A stretch of DNA of 64,000 nt from Candidatus Bathyarchaeota archaeon (lineage in GTDB: Archaea > Thermoproteota > Bathyarchaeia > Bathyarchaeales > Bathycorpusculaceae): assembly GCA_963770935.1 (NCBI GenBank), contig CAVYRJ010000016.1:32001-96000 (forward strand). Reading direction: 5' to 3'. Positions 31,592 to 42,375 of the stretch are shown here, piece after piece. The notes beneath the pieces are model-generated. The model searched no databases, was not told the DNA's origin, and saw only the letters and a list, made by a program, of their open reading frames with translations. The position numbers and the translations under genes are program-made. Each line of letters begins with the position of its first letter. The stretch's first letter is position 1.

Positions 31592-31887
31592 CAAACATCT
31601 CAGTCTTTATTTATACAAGTTTCTTGCCAAGTCCGTCCCCTATTCCATGGAGATTTTTTATGTCAGATTTGCCTATAGTTTTGTTCACAATGGTACAGCG
31701 GTGAAAATAACCACATTGAAAATTAAACCCATAATTGGCCCGAATATTCTGGTAATTTAAAGAAGAACATTTTTCATGGTTTACCACTTTCGAATTTTGC
31801 TTTTTCTTGGTTATAGTAGTTTTTCAATAGTATATTATCAAAACTTAGGAGATTTCCGCTTAAGCAAGATTATTATGAATTGGGAGT

Positions 31888-32094
31888 CTAAATGAAGCGT
31901 AGTAGAATAGTAAATAGGAAAGCAAGTCCGCATCCAATAGCGGCAAATCTCAGCCTGCTTTTTATAATTATGATTCTGCTTGAATATTCGGACGATACAC
32001 TGAGAAGTTCAGAGGTAATGAGAAGTATTATGGCTGTGAGAGCTAGCCAGAGATTAAGGTCGGTGAGCGTTAGAGGAATGTCCATAGCAATCAC
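31888..32094 (-). CDS. Two-TM microprotein, paralog of 37881-38084
   Basis: PLTLTDLNLWLALTAIILLITSELL vs PLTLQDISLLLAVSAILLLVTAELV. Confidence 0.8.
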   Translation of the reverse strand: MIAMDIPLTLTDLNLWLALTAIILLITSELLSVSSEYSSRIIIIKSRLRFAAIGCGLAFLFTILLRFI

Positions 32095-32101
32095 AATTTA
32101 T

Positions 32102-33541
32102 TTAATTAACCAAGAAAAAAGAAGCGAACTCTTTTTTGAAAATACTACGGGTATAGTCAATGAAGCTTTCTAAATCAGTCTCAGGAATCGCTTTATCAAC
32201 GCTAGTCATTAGCGACTCAATGTTACATTTAAAAACTTCGGCGTTACCCAGGATTTGTAAAATACTTTCCATTTGATTTGTCTCTTTCTTGTTTTCTTTA
32301 TCTCCAACTGTTTTACCAAGTATAATATCATTTAATACATAATACAAAAGAATTATGGCTTTTGTAGTAATGTAATTCAGAGCGCCTTCTTTATGGTCAT
32401 TATCGAGGCTTAAACTGTCGAAATACTCAAAAACACCTTTTAAGATGTTATACGCTTCTTCTGAAGTTGCTTTTGCATTCTGACTTTTTATAGCTGATGA
32501 GATGTTGAAGAAATTCAAGTTCATCATAGGCATCGTTTGATTTCTGAAACTCAAAGCCTCCCCAAAAGGTTTAGAATAAGTTTCTAATAGTTCCCAATTA
32601 ATTCGCTTCTTTTGCAAACCAACAAGAATATCAAAAGACAAATCAACGATGTTCATTGAAGCATTAATCATCTCTATCAGTTCCTTTTTTCTTATAGAGG
32701 CTTTGCCATAGGCCTCAATCAGTTTCTGCCGCTTCTCAAACAACTTATTGATAATTTTGAATGATATCGTTGTTGTTTTACCGTTGGGAGCAATTTTTAT
32801 TTCTTGAATCATTGTAGGTTTACCCGCAGATTTTGCAATAGCACATGCTGCTGCATTGACAAGTGGGCAACCAAGCAAATAGACGCTCTTAAGGTTGTAT
32901 TTTTCGCTATAGAGGTTTTTATAAAGAGAGCCAGTAATTTTCAGAATTATGTCGTTTTCGTTTATAGTTACTGCAATTCCTTTAGCCAAACAAAGCTCGC
33001 CAAGCAAGTTTGGTAATGCCTCGTCAAGTTCGCTGAGTGGGATTTTAGAAAAATCTGCATCAGGTTTTTGTTCAATTTTGTCCAAAATACATGCACCTGG
33101 AGATGTTACTAGAAGCCCACTTGGTTTTTCAATCATGAATTTGCTACTTGCGATGTCTTCAATTTCTACTGTACTGTCCGTAAGTTCCGCAGGGATGAAT
33201 GTTACCGTTTCTTTGAGACCTGATAGATGTTCTGGCAAAAAAACATCTTTGGGATACGGAGGGATATTATATGCTTCATTCTTGGGGCTGAGCTGGTTGA
33301 GGATTCTATCCAAGGTCATATAAGCAGGTAGAGTTGAGATTATTAAGAAATTGCTTTCAACATATCTCAAGGGTGTTATGAACAAGAAAAGTGCTCCCCA
33401 GAAAATTAACCCTAATCCAGTAATACAAATTATTTGTGAGCCCAAAAAAAGTGATAAGAAGAACATAGAGATACCTAAGATCAAAAACAAAAGTGCAGTT
33501 ACGAGCGAATTGCGTTTTGGTTGTTTAGGTGTAATTTTCAT
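32102..33541 (-). CDS. Membrane protein: 2 TM + V4R-like domain + C-terminal helical extension; paralog of 38088-38876
   Basis: N-terminal TM pair, YNIPP, GLLVTSPG, LGCPLVNAAACAIAKS. Confidence 0.8.
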   Translation of the reverse strand: MKITPKQPKRNSLVTALLFLILGISMFFLSLFLGSQIICITGLGLIFWGALFLFITPLRYVESNFLIISTLPAYMTLDRILNQLSPKNEAYNIPPYPKDVFLPEHLSGLKETVTFIPAELTDSTVEIEDIASSKFMIEKPSGLLVTSPGACILDKIEQKPDADFSKIPLSELDEALPNLLGELCLAKGIAVTINENDIILKITGSLYKNLYSEKYNLKSVYLLGCPLVNAAACAIAKSAGKPTMIQEIKIAPNGKTTTISFKIINKLFEKRQKLIEAYGKASIRKKELIEMINASMNIVDLSFDILVGLQKKRINWELLETYSKPFGEALSFRNQTMPMMNLNFFNISSAIKSQNAKATSEEAYNILKGVFEYFDSLSLDNDHKEGALNYITTKAIILLYYVLNDIILGKTVGDKENKKETNQMESILQILGNAEVFKCNIESLMTSVDKAIPETDLESFIDYTRSIFKKEFASFFLVN

Positions 33542-33822
33542 TATGTTTTTTCGCCATGTTATATTTACTATTATCCTTGTTTGAGATATTCGTTATCTTA
33601 GTATGAATATAAACTATGTTTTGTTAAAAACAAGAACGTCCCTTATTCTGTATTAAATAAGTAAAAACCTAAGAGGACTGAAAAAAACCGTTTCAGCGGT
33701 TGCTTAATGATGGATTGGAGATCCGTTTTGCGATTTCCAGTTACTTGACAGTTCCCAAAAAAGAGTGAATGTTTATCTGAATTTTGCGCTAAGTAAGATT
33801 TAGTTTTGGATTTGGGTTTGTG

Positions 33823-36800
33823 CTAAGTGTTGTCAGGTTTTCGTTTTAAGCGTCTGACAGCTATTACTGTATAGATTAAAATGATTTCAGGGACAGTTAA
33901 GCCGACAGCAATCATAGATGCAAAGGATGTTTCTTGAAATACTGAAGGTAATGCAAATTGTATTTTCACTTGATGCGTACTAAACTGCGTTGAATACCAA
34001 ATATAGTAGTTATATGCATCTTGAGTGTAGCCCTGAATAGGCGCTCGTTGGTTATCAATGAATATTTCAGGAGTTATGCCGTATTGTACAATATTTTTTG
34101 GAATAGTCAGGTTGCTAAAACCTGTGGTTCCGTCTTGTCCTGTTAAAGTGAAAGTTACTGTAATTAATAGGGCAGATTGGTTTGCTGTTATAGTGACGTT
34201 AGACATCTGGGAACTTGTTATATTTCCGCTGATTGCAAAATTAACGGTTGTCCCATTATCCGTCTTAGCTATTATAGTTGTGTCAAATGGAGTTGAAGAA
34301 GGCGATGGCTTTGTTGTGGGGTTAGAAGTAGCTTGTGGAGTTCCTGTTGGTCTTGGTGTCGGAGTTGGTATTAGAGTTGGGTTTGGTGAATGCGTTGGCG
34401 TGGATGATGGGAGTGGAGTAACAGTATTTGTTACTGTAAATGAATTGCTGATTCCGGAATAAATAGAATCAGTAGCTGTAATGGTAACTCCAGAACCTAC
34501 ATCAGTTAAAGTAACAGAAGTCGATCCGATACCGTTAACGAAAGAATTCATAGTGACAGGACTAATTGACCCCGCTGAAACCGTTAAAATCGGCCTTCCA
34601 ACATAACCCAAAACGATATTCCCATAGACATCGTAAGCCGTAACTACTATATTAAAACTTGAACCAACATTTTGAGGACTATTGATAGGACTAAAAGTAA
34701 AGCTGTTGAGGGCACCAGAATTAACCGTGAAACTGTTGCTTGTTCCAGTCATGCCTGAACCAACAGTGAAAAGGGTAACTCCTGAATTGGCACCAGTCAC
34801 AATCACAAAACCTGTCCAAACACCTTTTGAAAAGGCACTAGTGATGCTTGGACTAATAGTTCCAGTAGAAACATTCAAGGTGTTAGTTCCAACGAAGTTT
34901 GTAAGAGTGTTATTAGAAGCGTCTTTAGCAATAATTGTAACGCTAAACGAAGTACCTGCAATCTGAGGACCTATAGAGCTAAAAATAAAGTGATCAAGTG
35001 GAGGAATATTTAGCATAATTGAAACCTCAGAAGAATTCACGACTGCATTTGCTGCATCAGTAACCTGAAGCATAAAACTCCAACTACCGGTAGCAGTAGA
35101 AATCGAAGTAACAAAAGAGTAGCTAGATGAAGTCGCACCACTAATAGGCGAGTAAGAACCAGCACCAGGAGCCCGCGAAAGCCACTGATACGAATAAGGA
35201 GCAGTACCCGTAGACACAGAAGACGAATTAGACAAAACTGAAGACTGACCCTGATTAATCACAGCCACAGAAGCAGAAACAGCCGGAGCAACCAAAGCAG
35301 GATTCACCACAACAGACACAGGAGAAGAAACAGCTGACGCTCCAGCAGCGTCTGTCACCTGCAATTCAAAGCGCCAAGTTCCAATAGCTGAAGAAACCGA
35401 AGTAACAAAAGAGTAGCTAGATGAAGTCGCACCACTAATAGGCGAGTAAGAACCAGCACCAGGAGCCCGCGAAAGCCACTGATACGAATAAGGAGCAGTA
35501 CCCGTAGACACAGAAGACGAAGACAAACTACTAGTCTGACCCCGATTAATCGTATTTGCAGAAACAGACACCGTAGGAACGACCAAAGCAGAATTCACCG
35601 TAACAGACGCTGCAGAAGATTGAACTGAAGTCGTACCAAAACTATCAGTAACAGTAGCCGTAATCGCATAAGAACCCACCGACCCTGGAGAAAAACTAAA
35701 CGACACAGTTTGACTACCCTGCACAACCCCATCCACATACCAACGATAACCCGAAGACGGATAACTACCCGACCCCCCACTAGCAACAGCCGTAAACGCC
35801 TTAACCTGACCCATATCCATAGTCCAAGAACCAGGCGACACAGTCACAGTCGGAACCGCATTCACCACAACAGAAACGGCGTTAGAAGTCACCACAGCCG
35901 AAACTGCATCAGTAACCTGAAGCATAAAACTCCAACTACCGGTAGCAGTAGAAATCGAAGTAACAAAAGAGTAGCTAGATGAAGTCGCACCACTAATAGG
36001 CGAGTAAGAACCAGCACCAGGAGCCCGCGAAAGCCACTGATACGAATAAGGAGCAGTACCCGTAGACACAGAAGACGAATTAGACAAAACTGAAGACTGA
36101 CCCTGATTAATCACAGCCACAGAAGCAGAAACAGCCGGAGCAACCAAAGCAGGATTCACCACAACAGACACAGGAGAAGAAACAGCTGACGCTCCAGCAG
36201 CGTCTGTCACCTGCAATTCAAAGCGCCAAGTTCCAATAGCTGAAGAAGCCGAAGTAACAAAAGAGTAGCTAGATGAAGTCGCACCACTAATAGGCGAGTA
36301 AGAACCAGCACCAGGAGCCCGCGAAAGCCACTGATACGAATAAGGAGCAGTACCCGTAGACACAGAAGACGAAGACAAACTACTAGTCTGACCCCGATTA
36401 ATCGTATTTGCAGAAACAGACACCGTAGGAACGACCAAAGCAGAATTCACCGTAACAGACGCTGCAGAAGATTGAACTGAAGTCGTACCAAAACTATCAG
36501 TAACAGTAGCCGTAATCGCATAAGAACCCACCGACCCTGGAGAAAAACTAAACGACACAGTTTGACTACCCTGCACAACCCCATCCACATACCAACGATA
36601 ACCCGAAGACGGATAACTACCCGACCCCCCACTAGCAACAGCCGTAAACGCCTTAACCTGACCCATATCCATAGTCCAAGAACCAGGCGACACAGTCACA
36701 GTCGGAACCGCATTCACCACAACAGAAACGGCGTTAGAAGTCACCACAGCCGAAACTGCATCAGTAACCTGAAGCATAAAACTCCAACTACCGGTAGCAG

Positions 36801-37608
36801 TAGAAATCGAAGTAACAAAAGAGTAGCTAGATGAAGTCGCACCACTAATAGGCGAGTAAGAACCAGCACCAGGAGCCCGCGAAAGCCACTGATACGAATA
36901 AGGAGCAGTACCCGTAGACACAGAAGACGAATTAGACAAAACTGAAGACTGACCCTGATTAATCACAGCCACAGAAGCAGAAACAGCCGGAGCAACCAAA
37001 GCAGGATTCACCACAACAGACACAGCGTTAGAAAAAGGCGATGTAACCGGAGATGAAGCACTATCAGTCACCTTGCAAGTAACTAAGTACGAACCAGCAG
37101 CCGCCGGGCTAAAAGAATAAGTAGAACCAGTTGCACCCGAAACAACAGAACCACCCAGATACCATTGATATTTAATCGTACCTGAACCACCAATAGACGT
37201 TGCCGTAAACACTTGAACCTGACCAACATCCATCTTAATTGGACCATTAGGAGCAATACTAACAGTAGGTGGAGCAGCAACCGTAACAGAGACTGAATCC
37301 TGAGCGTTTTCTGTAAAATCAGTAACAAACACAGTAATCAAGTGGGGACCTGTGGAAGTAGCAGAAAAAGAATAATTCGGGCTATCAGACCCCACTGGGG
37401 AACCATCCAAATTCCATTGAATAGACAGGGACCCCGAGCCACCATTAGGCGTAGCTGTAAACATCTGAACCTGGCCAACATCCATTGTAATAGGACCCTC
37501 AGGCGACACAGTAATACTTAAAACAGCAGCTTTGACTTGCGTACTTGCCAATGCGCAGATTGATAGCGAAATGAGAAATGCAATTATCAGAATTTGCGAT
37601 TTGTTCAT
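33823..37608 (-). CDS. Large cell-surface protein with Ig/PKD-like repeats, PT linker and C-terminal TM anchor
   Basis: Signal peptide, about 90-98-aa repeats with Y.YQW and VTD motifs, Ser/Thr/Val-rich, TM followed by RRLKRK. Confidence 0.9.
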   Translation of the reverse strand: MNKSQILIIAFLISLSICALASTQVKAAVLSITVSPEGPITMDVGQVQMFTATPNGGSGSLSIQWNLDGSPVGSDSPNYSFSATSTGPHLITVFVTDFTENAQDSVSVTVAAPPTVSIAPNGPIKMDVGQVQVFTATSIGGSGTIKYQWYLGGSVVSGATGSTYSFSPAAAGSYLVTCKVTDSASSPVTSPFSNAVSVVVNPALVAPAVSASVAVINQGQSSVLSNSSSVSTGTAPYSYQWLSRAPGAGSYSPISGATSSSYSFVTSISTATGSWSFMLQVTDAVSAVVTSNAVSVVVNAVPTVTVSPGSWTMDMGQVKAFTAVASGGSGSYPSSGYRWYVDGVVQGSQTVSFSFSPGSVGSYAITATVTDSFGTTSVQSSAASVTVNSALVVPTVSVSANTINRGQTSSLSSSSVSTGTAPYSYQWLSRAPGAGSYSPISGATSSSYSFVTSASSAIGTWRFELQVTDAAGASAVSSPVSVVVNPALVAPAVSASVAVINQGQSSVLSNSSSVSTGTAPYSYQWLSRAPGAGSYSPISGATSSSYSFVTSISTATGSWSFMLQVTDAVSAVVTSNAVSVVVNAVPTVTVSPGSWTMDMGQVKAFTAVASGGSGSYPSSGYRWYVDGVVQGSQTVSFSFSPGSVGSYAITATVTDSFGTTSVQSSAASVTVNSALVVPTVSVSANTINRGQTSSLSSSSVSTGTAPYSYQWLSRAPGAGSYSPISGATSSSYSFVTSVSSAIGTWRFELQVTDAAGASAVSSPVSVVVNPALVAPAVSASVAVINQGQSSVLSNSSSVSTGTAPYSYQWLSRAPGAGSYSPISGATSSSYSFVTSISTATGSWSFMLQVTDAANAVVNSSEVSIMLNIPPLDHFIFSSIGPQIAGTSFSVTIIAKDASNNTLTNFVGTNTLNVSTGTISPSITSAFSKGVWTGFVIVTGANSGVTLFTVGSGMTGTSNSFTVNSGALNSFTFSPINSPQNVGSSFNIVVTAYDVYGNIVLGYVGRPILTVSAGSISPVTMNSFVNGIGSTSVTLTDVGSGVTITATDSIYSGISNSFTVTNTVTPLPSSTPTHSPNPTLIPTPTPRPTGTPQATSNPTTKPSPSSTPFDTTIIAKTDNGTTVNFAISGNITSSQMSNVTITANQSALLITVTFTLTGQDGTTGFSNLTIPKNIVQYGITPEIFIDNQRAPIQGYTQDAYNYYIWYSTQFSTHQVKIQFALPSVFQETSFASMIAVGLTVPEIILIYTVIAVRRLKRKPDNT
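35052..37025. repeat. Near-exact intragenic tandem repeat, period 852 bp, about 2.3 units
   Basis: CTGCATCAGTAACCTGAAGCATAAAACTCC recurs at 35052, 35904, 36756; only one substitution noticed (SVSSA vs SASSA). Confidence 0.95.
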
Positions 37609-37880
37609 ATTTTTTCGTCCGATGTTTTTTATTAACTTAGGTTTGCGTTAGTTATTTATGAAAAGAGAGTGCTCTGTGGCTTTAACCTTTTCTAATTTCA
37701 TGTTTTCATTGTCGCATGAAAAAAAGAAGATGAGAAAATTATTCCTGATATCTTCCAGCACTAAATCTGATGGGTAAATCCTTGAGCCAAATCTATGAAT
37801 CGATTGACAAGGTGTAAGATTCAGTCTCTAATAATTTGTGGAAGCAATAGTCTTCTTAATCTCTTAAAATGTCTTAAGTT

Positions 37881-38084
37881 TTAGACTGCAAATATTATCA
37901 TGACAACAGTCACCATGAATAATACACCAATTACCATCGCCAGAAAACGAAGCTTTCTCATGTCTGAGACTAACGTCTTTTCCCCAAATATGTAAGGGAC
38001 AAGTTCAGCCGTAACAAGAAGTAGGATAGCGCTAACAGCCAGAAGCAGGCTTATATCTTGGAGAGTTAAAGGAGGAAGCAGCAT
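37881..38084 (-). CDS. Two-TM microprotein, paralog of 31888-32094
   Basis: Shared PLTLxD..LL.T.EL..LR pattern; 3 bp downstream of partner gene. Confidence 0.8.
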   Translation of the reverse strand: MLLPPLTLQDISLLLAVSAILLLVTAELVPYIFGEKTLVSDMRKLRFLAMVIGVLFMVTVVMIIFAV

Positions 38085-38087
38085 GGT

Positions 38088-38876
38088 TTATACATTTTCC
38101 ATAACGTATTCAATTATCATTGTTTTGTTATCAGGATTCAAAGTGTCTTTTTGGATTGTTATCGGTTTGTCCGAAGCTTTGGCAAATGCACATGCGAAAG
38201 CGCTCGCCAATATACAACCGACTTGAGCATGCGTTCGTGGTTGATTATCTTTGGCTTCACTGCAAAGTGTGTTAAAAATGCTTCCAGTGACTTCTAAATT
38301 TATTGTACTATCTTGAATTTGAACTTGTGCTCCTTCTGCAAATTTCAGGTTGTTAACTAGTTTTTTTATTGCTATCTCCATTTGAGATATAGGAATTTTT
38401 CTGAAAGACATACCGAGTTCATGTTCAAACATTTGTGATAGTGCAAGACCTGGAGGAGTGAAGAATAGACCGTTTTTTTTCTCGGATAACAATTTATCTC
38501 CTGTCTCGTCAGCTGTAGGCAGAGTTGCCCGAAGCTTTTTAGGTACGAAGACAAGGCTAGATTCGAAGTTGTGGAGATTTTGTGGTGGCAGATATATTCC
38601 CTTTTCATCCAAATTGAACTCCATGAGGGATCGTTCAATATTGCTTCCGCTTGCACTTGCAGAAGCTCTCAACAGGGCGAGAAACACTTTTTTTGTTGGA
38701 GTAAAGAAGAGAAGCAGTAAACTCCAAAAAGATATAGAAACTCCTAGAACAGCCATAAATGATAGATTGTTTAACGCCGAGAATACTATCAAACCTAAGC
38801 CAGTCACTAGGGCTAAGCCTATTGTAACAACAACGACTACGTCTTGATTAATTCCGGTTTTCTTGATTTGAAGCAT
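38088..38876 (-). CDS. Membrane protein: 2 TM + V4R-like domain; paralog of 32102-33541
   Basis: IYLPP, GLFFTPPG, C...VGCILASAFACAFAKAS. Confidence 0.8.
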   Translation of the reverse strand: MLQIKKTGINQDVVVVVTIGLALVTGLGLIVFSALNNLSFMAVLGVSISFWSLLLLFFTPTKKVFLALLRASASASGSNIERSLMEFNLDEKGIYLPPQNLHNFESSLVFVPKKLRATLPTADETGDKLLSEKKNGLFFTPPGLALSQMFEHELGMSFRKIPISQMEIAIKKLVNNLKFAEGAQVQIQDSTINLEVTGSIFNTLCSEAKDNQPRTHAQVGCILASAFACAFAKASDKPITIQKDTLNPDNKTMIIEYVMENV

Positions 38877-38992
38877 CTGCTTATCTTTGTTGTCGCTTCA
38901 ATTAATATCTTATTCTAAAATATCCATGGTCTTTGAGAATTCGAATCGGACAGTTCAGATATCAACATCTTTGTTGAAACTTGTTTGTAGGA

Positions 38993-39972
38993 TCATTCTA
39001 AATTCTCTATGGCAGTAATGTAGGTTTGGTAAATTGTTTTAGCAGCTTCAACTATTCCGTCTCGTTCATCTTCGGAAAGAATATTATACAAAGAAGAGCC
39101 CACAATTGAGGAAAGGTGCACAGGTACTCCTACAAAAGTTGGCTCAAGAATTCCCGGGAACTTTATTGGAATAGACACAGGCAGAATTTCATTAGTATTA
39201 TTTGCTATCGCTCTTGTGAGTCTCTAAATGAAGCAGCTGGACCGTATTCGGTGCCTCCAATGTTTTCAATTATGAATTTTGAAATCTCTTTTACATAAGA
39301 AATGATGTCTTGTTTAAGGAACATCAATTTTTTCGATGATGCATATTCCTCGACTGGAAAACCGAAGACTTTGGTTGTTGACCATAATGGAATCGCTGCA
39401 TCTCCATGTTCTCCCCCTATCCAACCGCTAACCTGAGACACCGGAACTCCGAGTGTTTGCGCAACTTTAGATCTGAACCTTAAGGACTCAAGGTTAGTTC
39501 CTGTGCTAATTACAAAGCTAGCATTAGTGAATTTCTTACACACCATTGCCATTGCATCAACAGGATTGGTGATCACTATATACTTTGCACCAGAATTTCC
39601 AGGAACAGTATCTTCTGACACTTGCTTAATAATCTCACCGTTTTGGACTGCTAAGTCCCTTCTTGACATTTTAACTCCCGGAGACCGGGGCTGTCCTGCA
39701 GATATCAAAATTATATCTGCTCCAGAAATATCTTCAGCTTTTTCACAAGAGTTAATTTCGATGTCAAGCCCGATGCTTGAAGCAACGTGTTTTAGTTCTT
39801 CAGCAAACGCAGCAGCAAGATGTGGTTTAATATCACATAATGTCAGCTCGTTTGCAATCTTCGAACACATTATTGTGTATGCTGTTGGTCGTCCAACTCG
39901 ACCAGTTCCTATTTGGGCAATGTGCAAAGTTATCTGTCTCCAATTTTCTTTCTGTAATTTATCAGCCATCAT
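38993..39972 (-). CDS. mdh: Malate/lactate dehydrogenase family protein, frameshift near 39215
   Basis: GTGRVG, AGQPRSPG..SRRDL, ITNPVD, GEHGD; continues in another frame as (I)TRAIANNTNEILPVSIP. Confidence 0.85.
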
Positions 39973-40436
39973 TCCTTGAGCTATCTATAATTGATTGAAA
40001 GACTAAATATTTGAAAATTACGGAGGAAGCAGTTTATTGAAGGTTCAAATTTTTTGCTGAAAAAACCCATCGAGTAAGTCTACGTGAGGTTAGTTGTTTC
40101 CTACCTTGAAAACGATCTGCGGATATCAGGACTATTTTGTTTCAATAAAACTTTCAATCAAAATAGTGGAAATAATATGACTACACAAGACATGGCCATG
40201 CCTATACAAGTTTTAACTTTGTTTATTCTAGCACAGATTAGTGAGTTGGGTTTACCACAAATATACAAGGCAAACATATTTTTTGGGGATTCATGCAAAA
40301 TCCGCTTCGCATGTTTAGTTAAACCAGGTTCGCAAAATCGCAAATGAAATTTACAAAAAACCTACAAGACTTCTCAAAAAGAATTAAATTAGGTGGAACC
40401 GAAGTTTGTTTAAAATTCAAGAAGAGAGAATATAAA

Positions 40437-42364
40437 ATGAATAATTTAAATAAAATAGTGAACTTGGGGAGTTTTAGAAAACTCAAAAAAACCTCAGCCC
40501 TAAGCATAAGCTTACTAATAATCATAAGCTCCTTGTCAATTTTCGGCGCAGCATCAATACAAGTCACCGCAGCAGCCGACACATTCACATTCGGAAATAC
40601 ATCAATCGGAACAATGACAAACTCTTTCACAACCGACAGAGACGCAAGCCGATTCCAACTAACCCAAAACGGCCAACTCCAAACCATAACAGTATACTAC
40701 ACAAACACAGGCTTTAACGCCAAAACCGCAATCTACGCAGACAACAATGGAGCACCCTCCACCCTAATAGCGCAAAGCAACAGCCAAACAATAACCCAAA
40801 GCGGCTGGCAAACATTCACCCTACCACAAACCACCCTAACCCCAGGATACTACTGGCTATGCACAGTCTCAAACAACCCCTCCTACGGAAAAATGGCAGC
40901 TACATCCACAAACCAACACGCATGGAAATACTCACCTTACTCAGCAGAGTACCCAGCAACCTTTGGAACACCCCGCTGGATACCAACAAACCGCCACAAG
41001 CATATACGCCACCTGCACCACCACAGCAGTAGTCAACCCCACCCCAACACCCACCCAACATCTACCCCAGCACCAACCGCGCTCCTACACCTGCGCCAGG
41101 CGGCGGAACAGCCACAAATAACAGTGTCTGCAGTAGTAGCCTCCTCATACTCCGGCACACATACCCCGAAGCCAAGCAATCGACGGAGTAGAATCAACCG
41201 CCAACTACTGGGGAACAACGTTCAGCAAACGGTCTTCCCCAATGGCTACAACTTGACCTGGGCACACAAAAAAGCATCAGCCAAATCGTTACCCACTTCT
41301 ACGATGGGAACTCGAGAACATACACCTATTACATCCAAGTTTCAACTGACGGCTCCAATTGGAACACCGTTGTATCCACAAAAACTGGAAATAGCGTAGT
41401 AACTGACTCATTCACCCAAACAACATGTAGATACGTTAGAATAACAATAACTGGCAACACAGCAAACTTAGCCGCACACATAGAAGAAATAAAAGTCTAT
41501 CAATCAGGCAGTTCATCTCCAGCACCTACTCCAACACCTACTCAAACACCCTATCCCACTGCCACTCCTACTCCAACTCCTTATACACCCAATTATGGAG
41601 GTAACGGTATTTGGACTCAAGCTGGTTCTGATTTAGCTCCGTCGCAATGCTCATACTACAGACAACAAAAAATCACAGAAATTTACATGCAAGTCGGTTA
41701 CTGGAAATCAGACTCCTCACTCTACTATCTAGTATCCTCAAGCCAAATTCAAACTGCCGTAGCAAACGCCCACGCAGCCGGACTAAAGATCTACGCGTGG
41801 GTAACCTCGCAAGCATCATACGGAACAACAATCAACATAGGCGCATCAAATCTACGCCAAACCGCAATCAACAATATGGTCAACCTAGCAAGAGACTACA
41901 ACTTCGACGGCATCGCAGACGATCTTGAAGAATTGCAATGCAGCGGCTATTCAGATTACGTATCATACTTCAACGGTGCAGCATCAGCACTGCATACAAT
42001 AGGAAAACAATACTATACAGCAGTAGTAGCTTATCTGCCGCCAAACATGGGCGCTTCACTTTTCAGCACGATTCACGTAGACAGAATACAACCCATGCTG
42101 TATGCTTATCCGTCTGGACTGCAAGAAACCAAGCTTAAGGAGCATGTTGATTTCTTTTTGCGTTACTCTTCTTCGCCTGTTGGTTTAGCGATTCATTCTG
42201 ACCATCCGCCTTATGGTACTTTAGTTGACGCTATGAGTTGGGTTGATGAGCAGTTAGCTACTGGAACACCAACTGGCAAGCTTGCGGGCATTGATATTTT
42301 CTGGGTCCATGGCATGACTCAGAGTCAATGGAACGCATGGAGCAACTGGAACACCAAAAACTAG
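40437..42364 (+). CDS. Secreted modular protein: beta-rich domain, F5/8 type C (discoidin/CBM32-like) domain, PT linker, GH18-like domain; several frameshifts in 40970-41220
   Basis: Signal peptide; AIDG..YW, PQWLQLDLG, VSTDGSNW, RYVRITIT read across frames; the frame starting about 41222 is continuous into FDGIADDLEE domain. Confidence 0.7.
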
Positions 42365-42375
42365 GATGATCCAAA

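Noticed and set aside
35595-37328. Repeated short alternative-frame and antisense ORFs in the surface-protein gene
   Set aside because: By-products of the tandem repeat and skewed codon use
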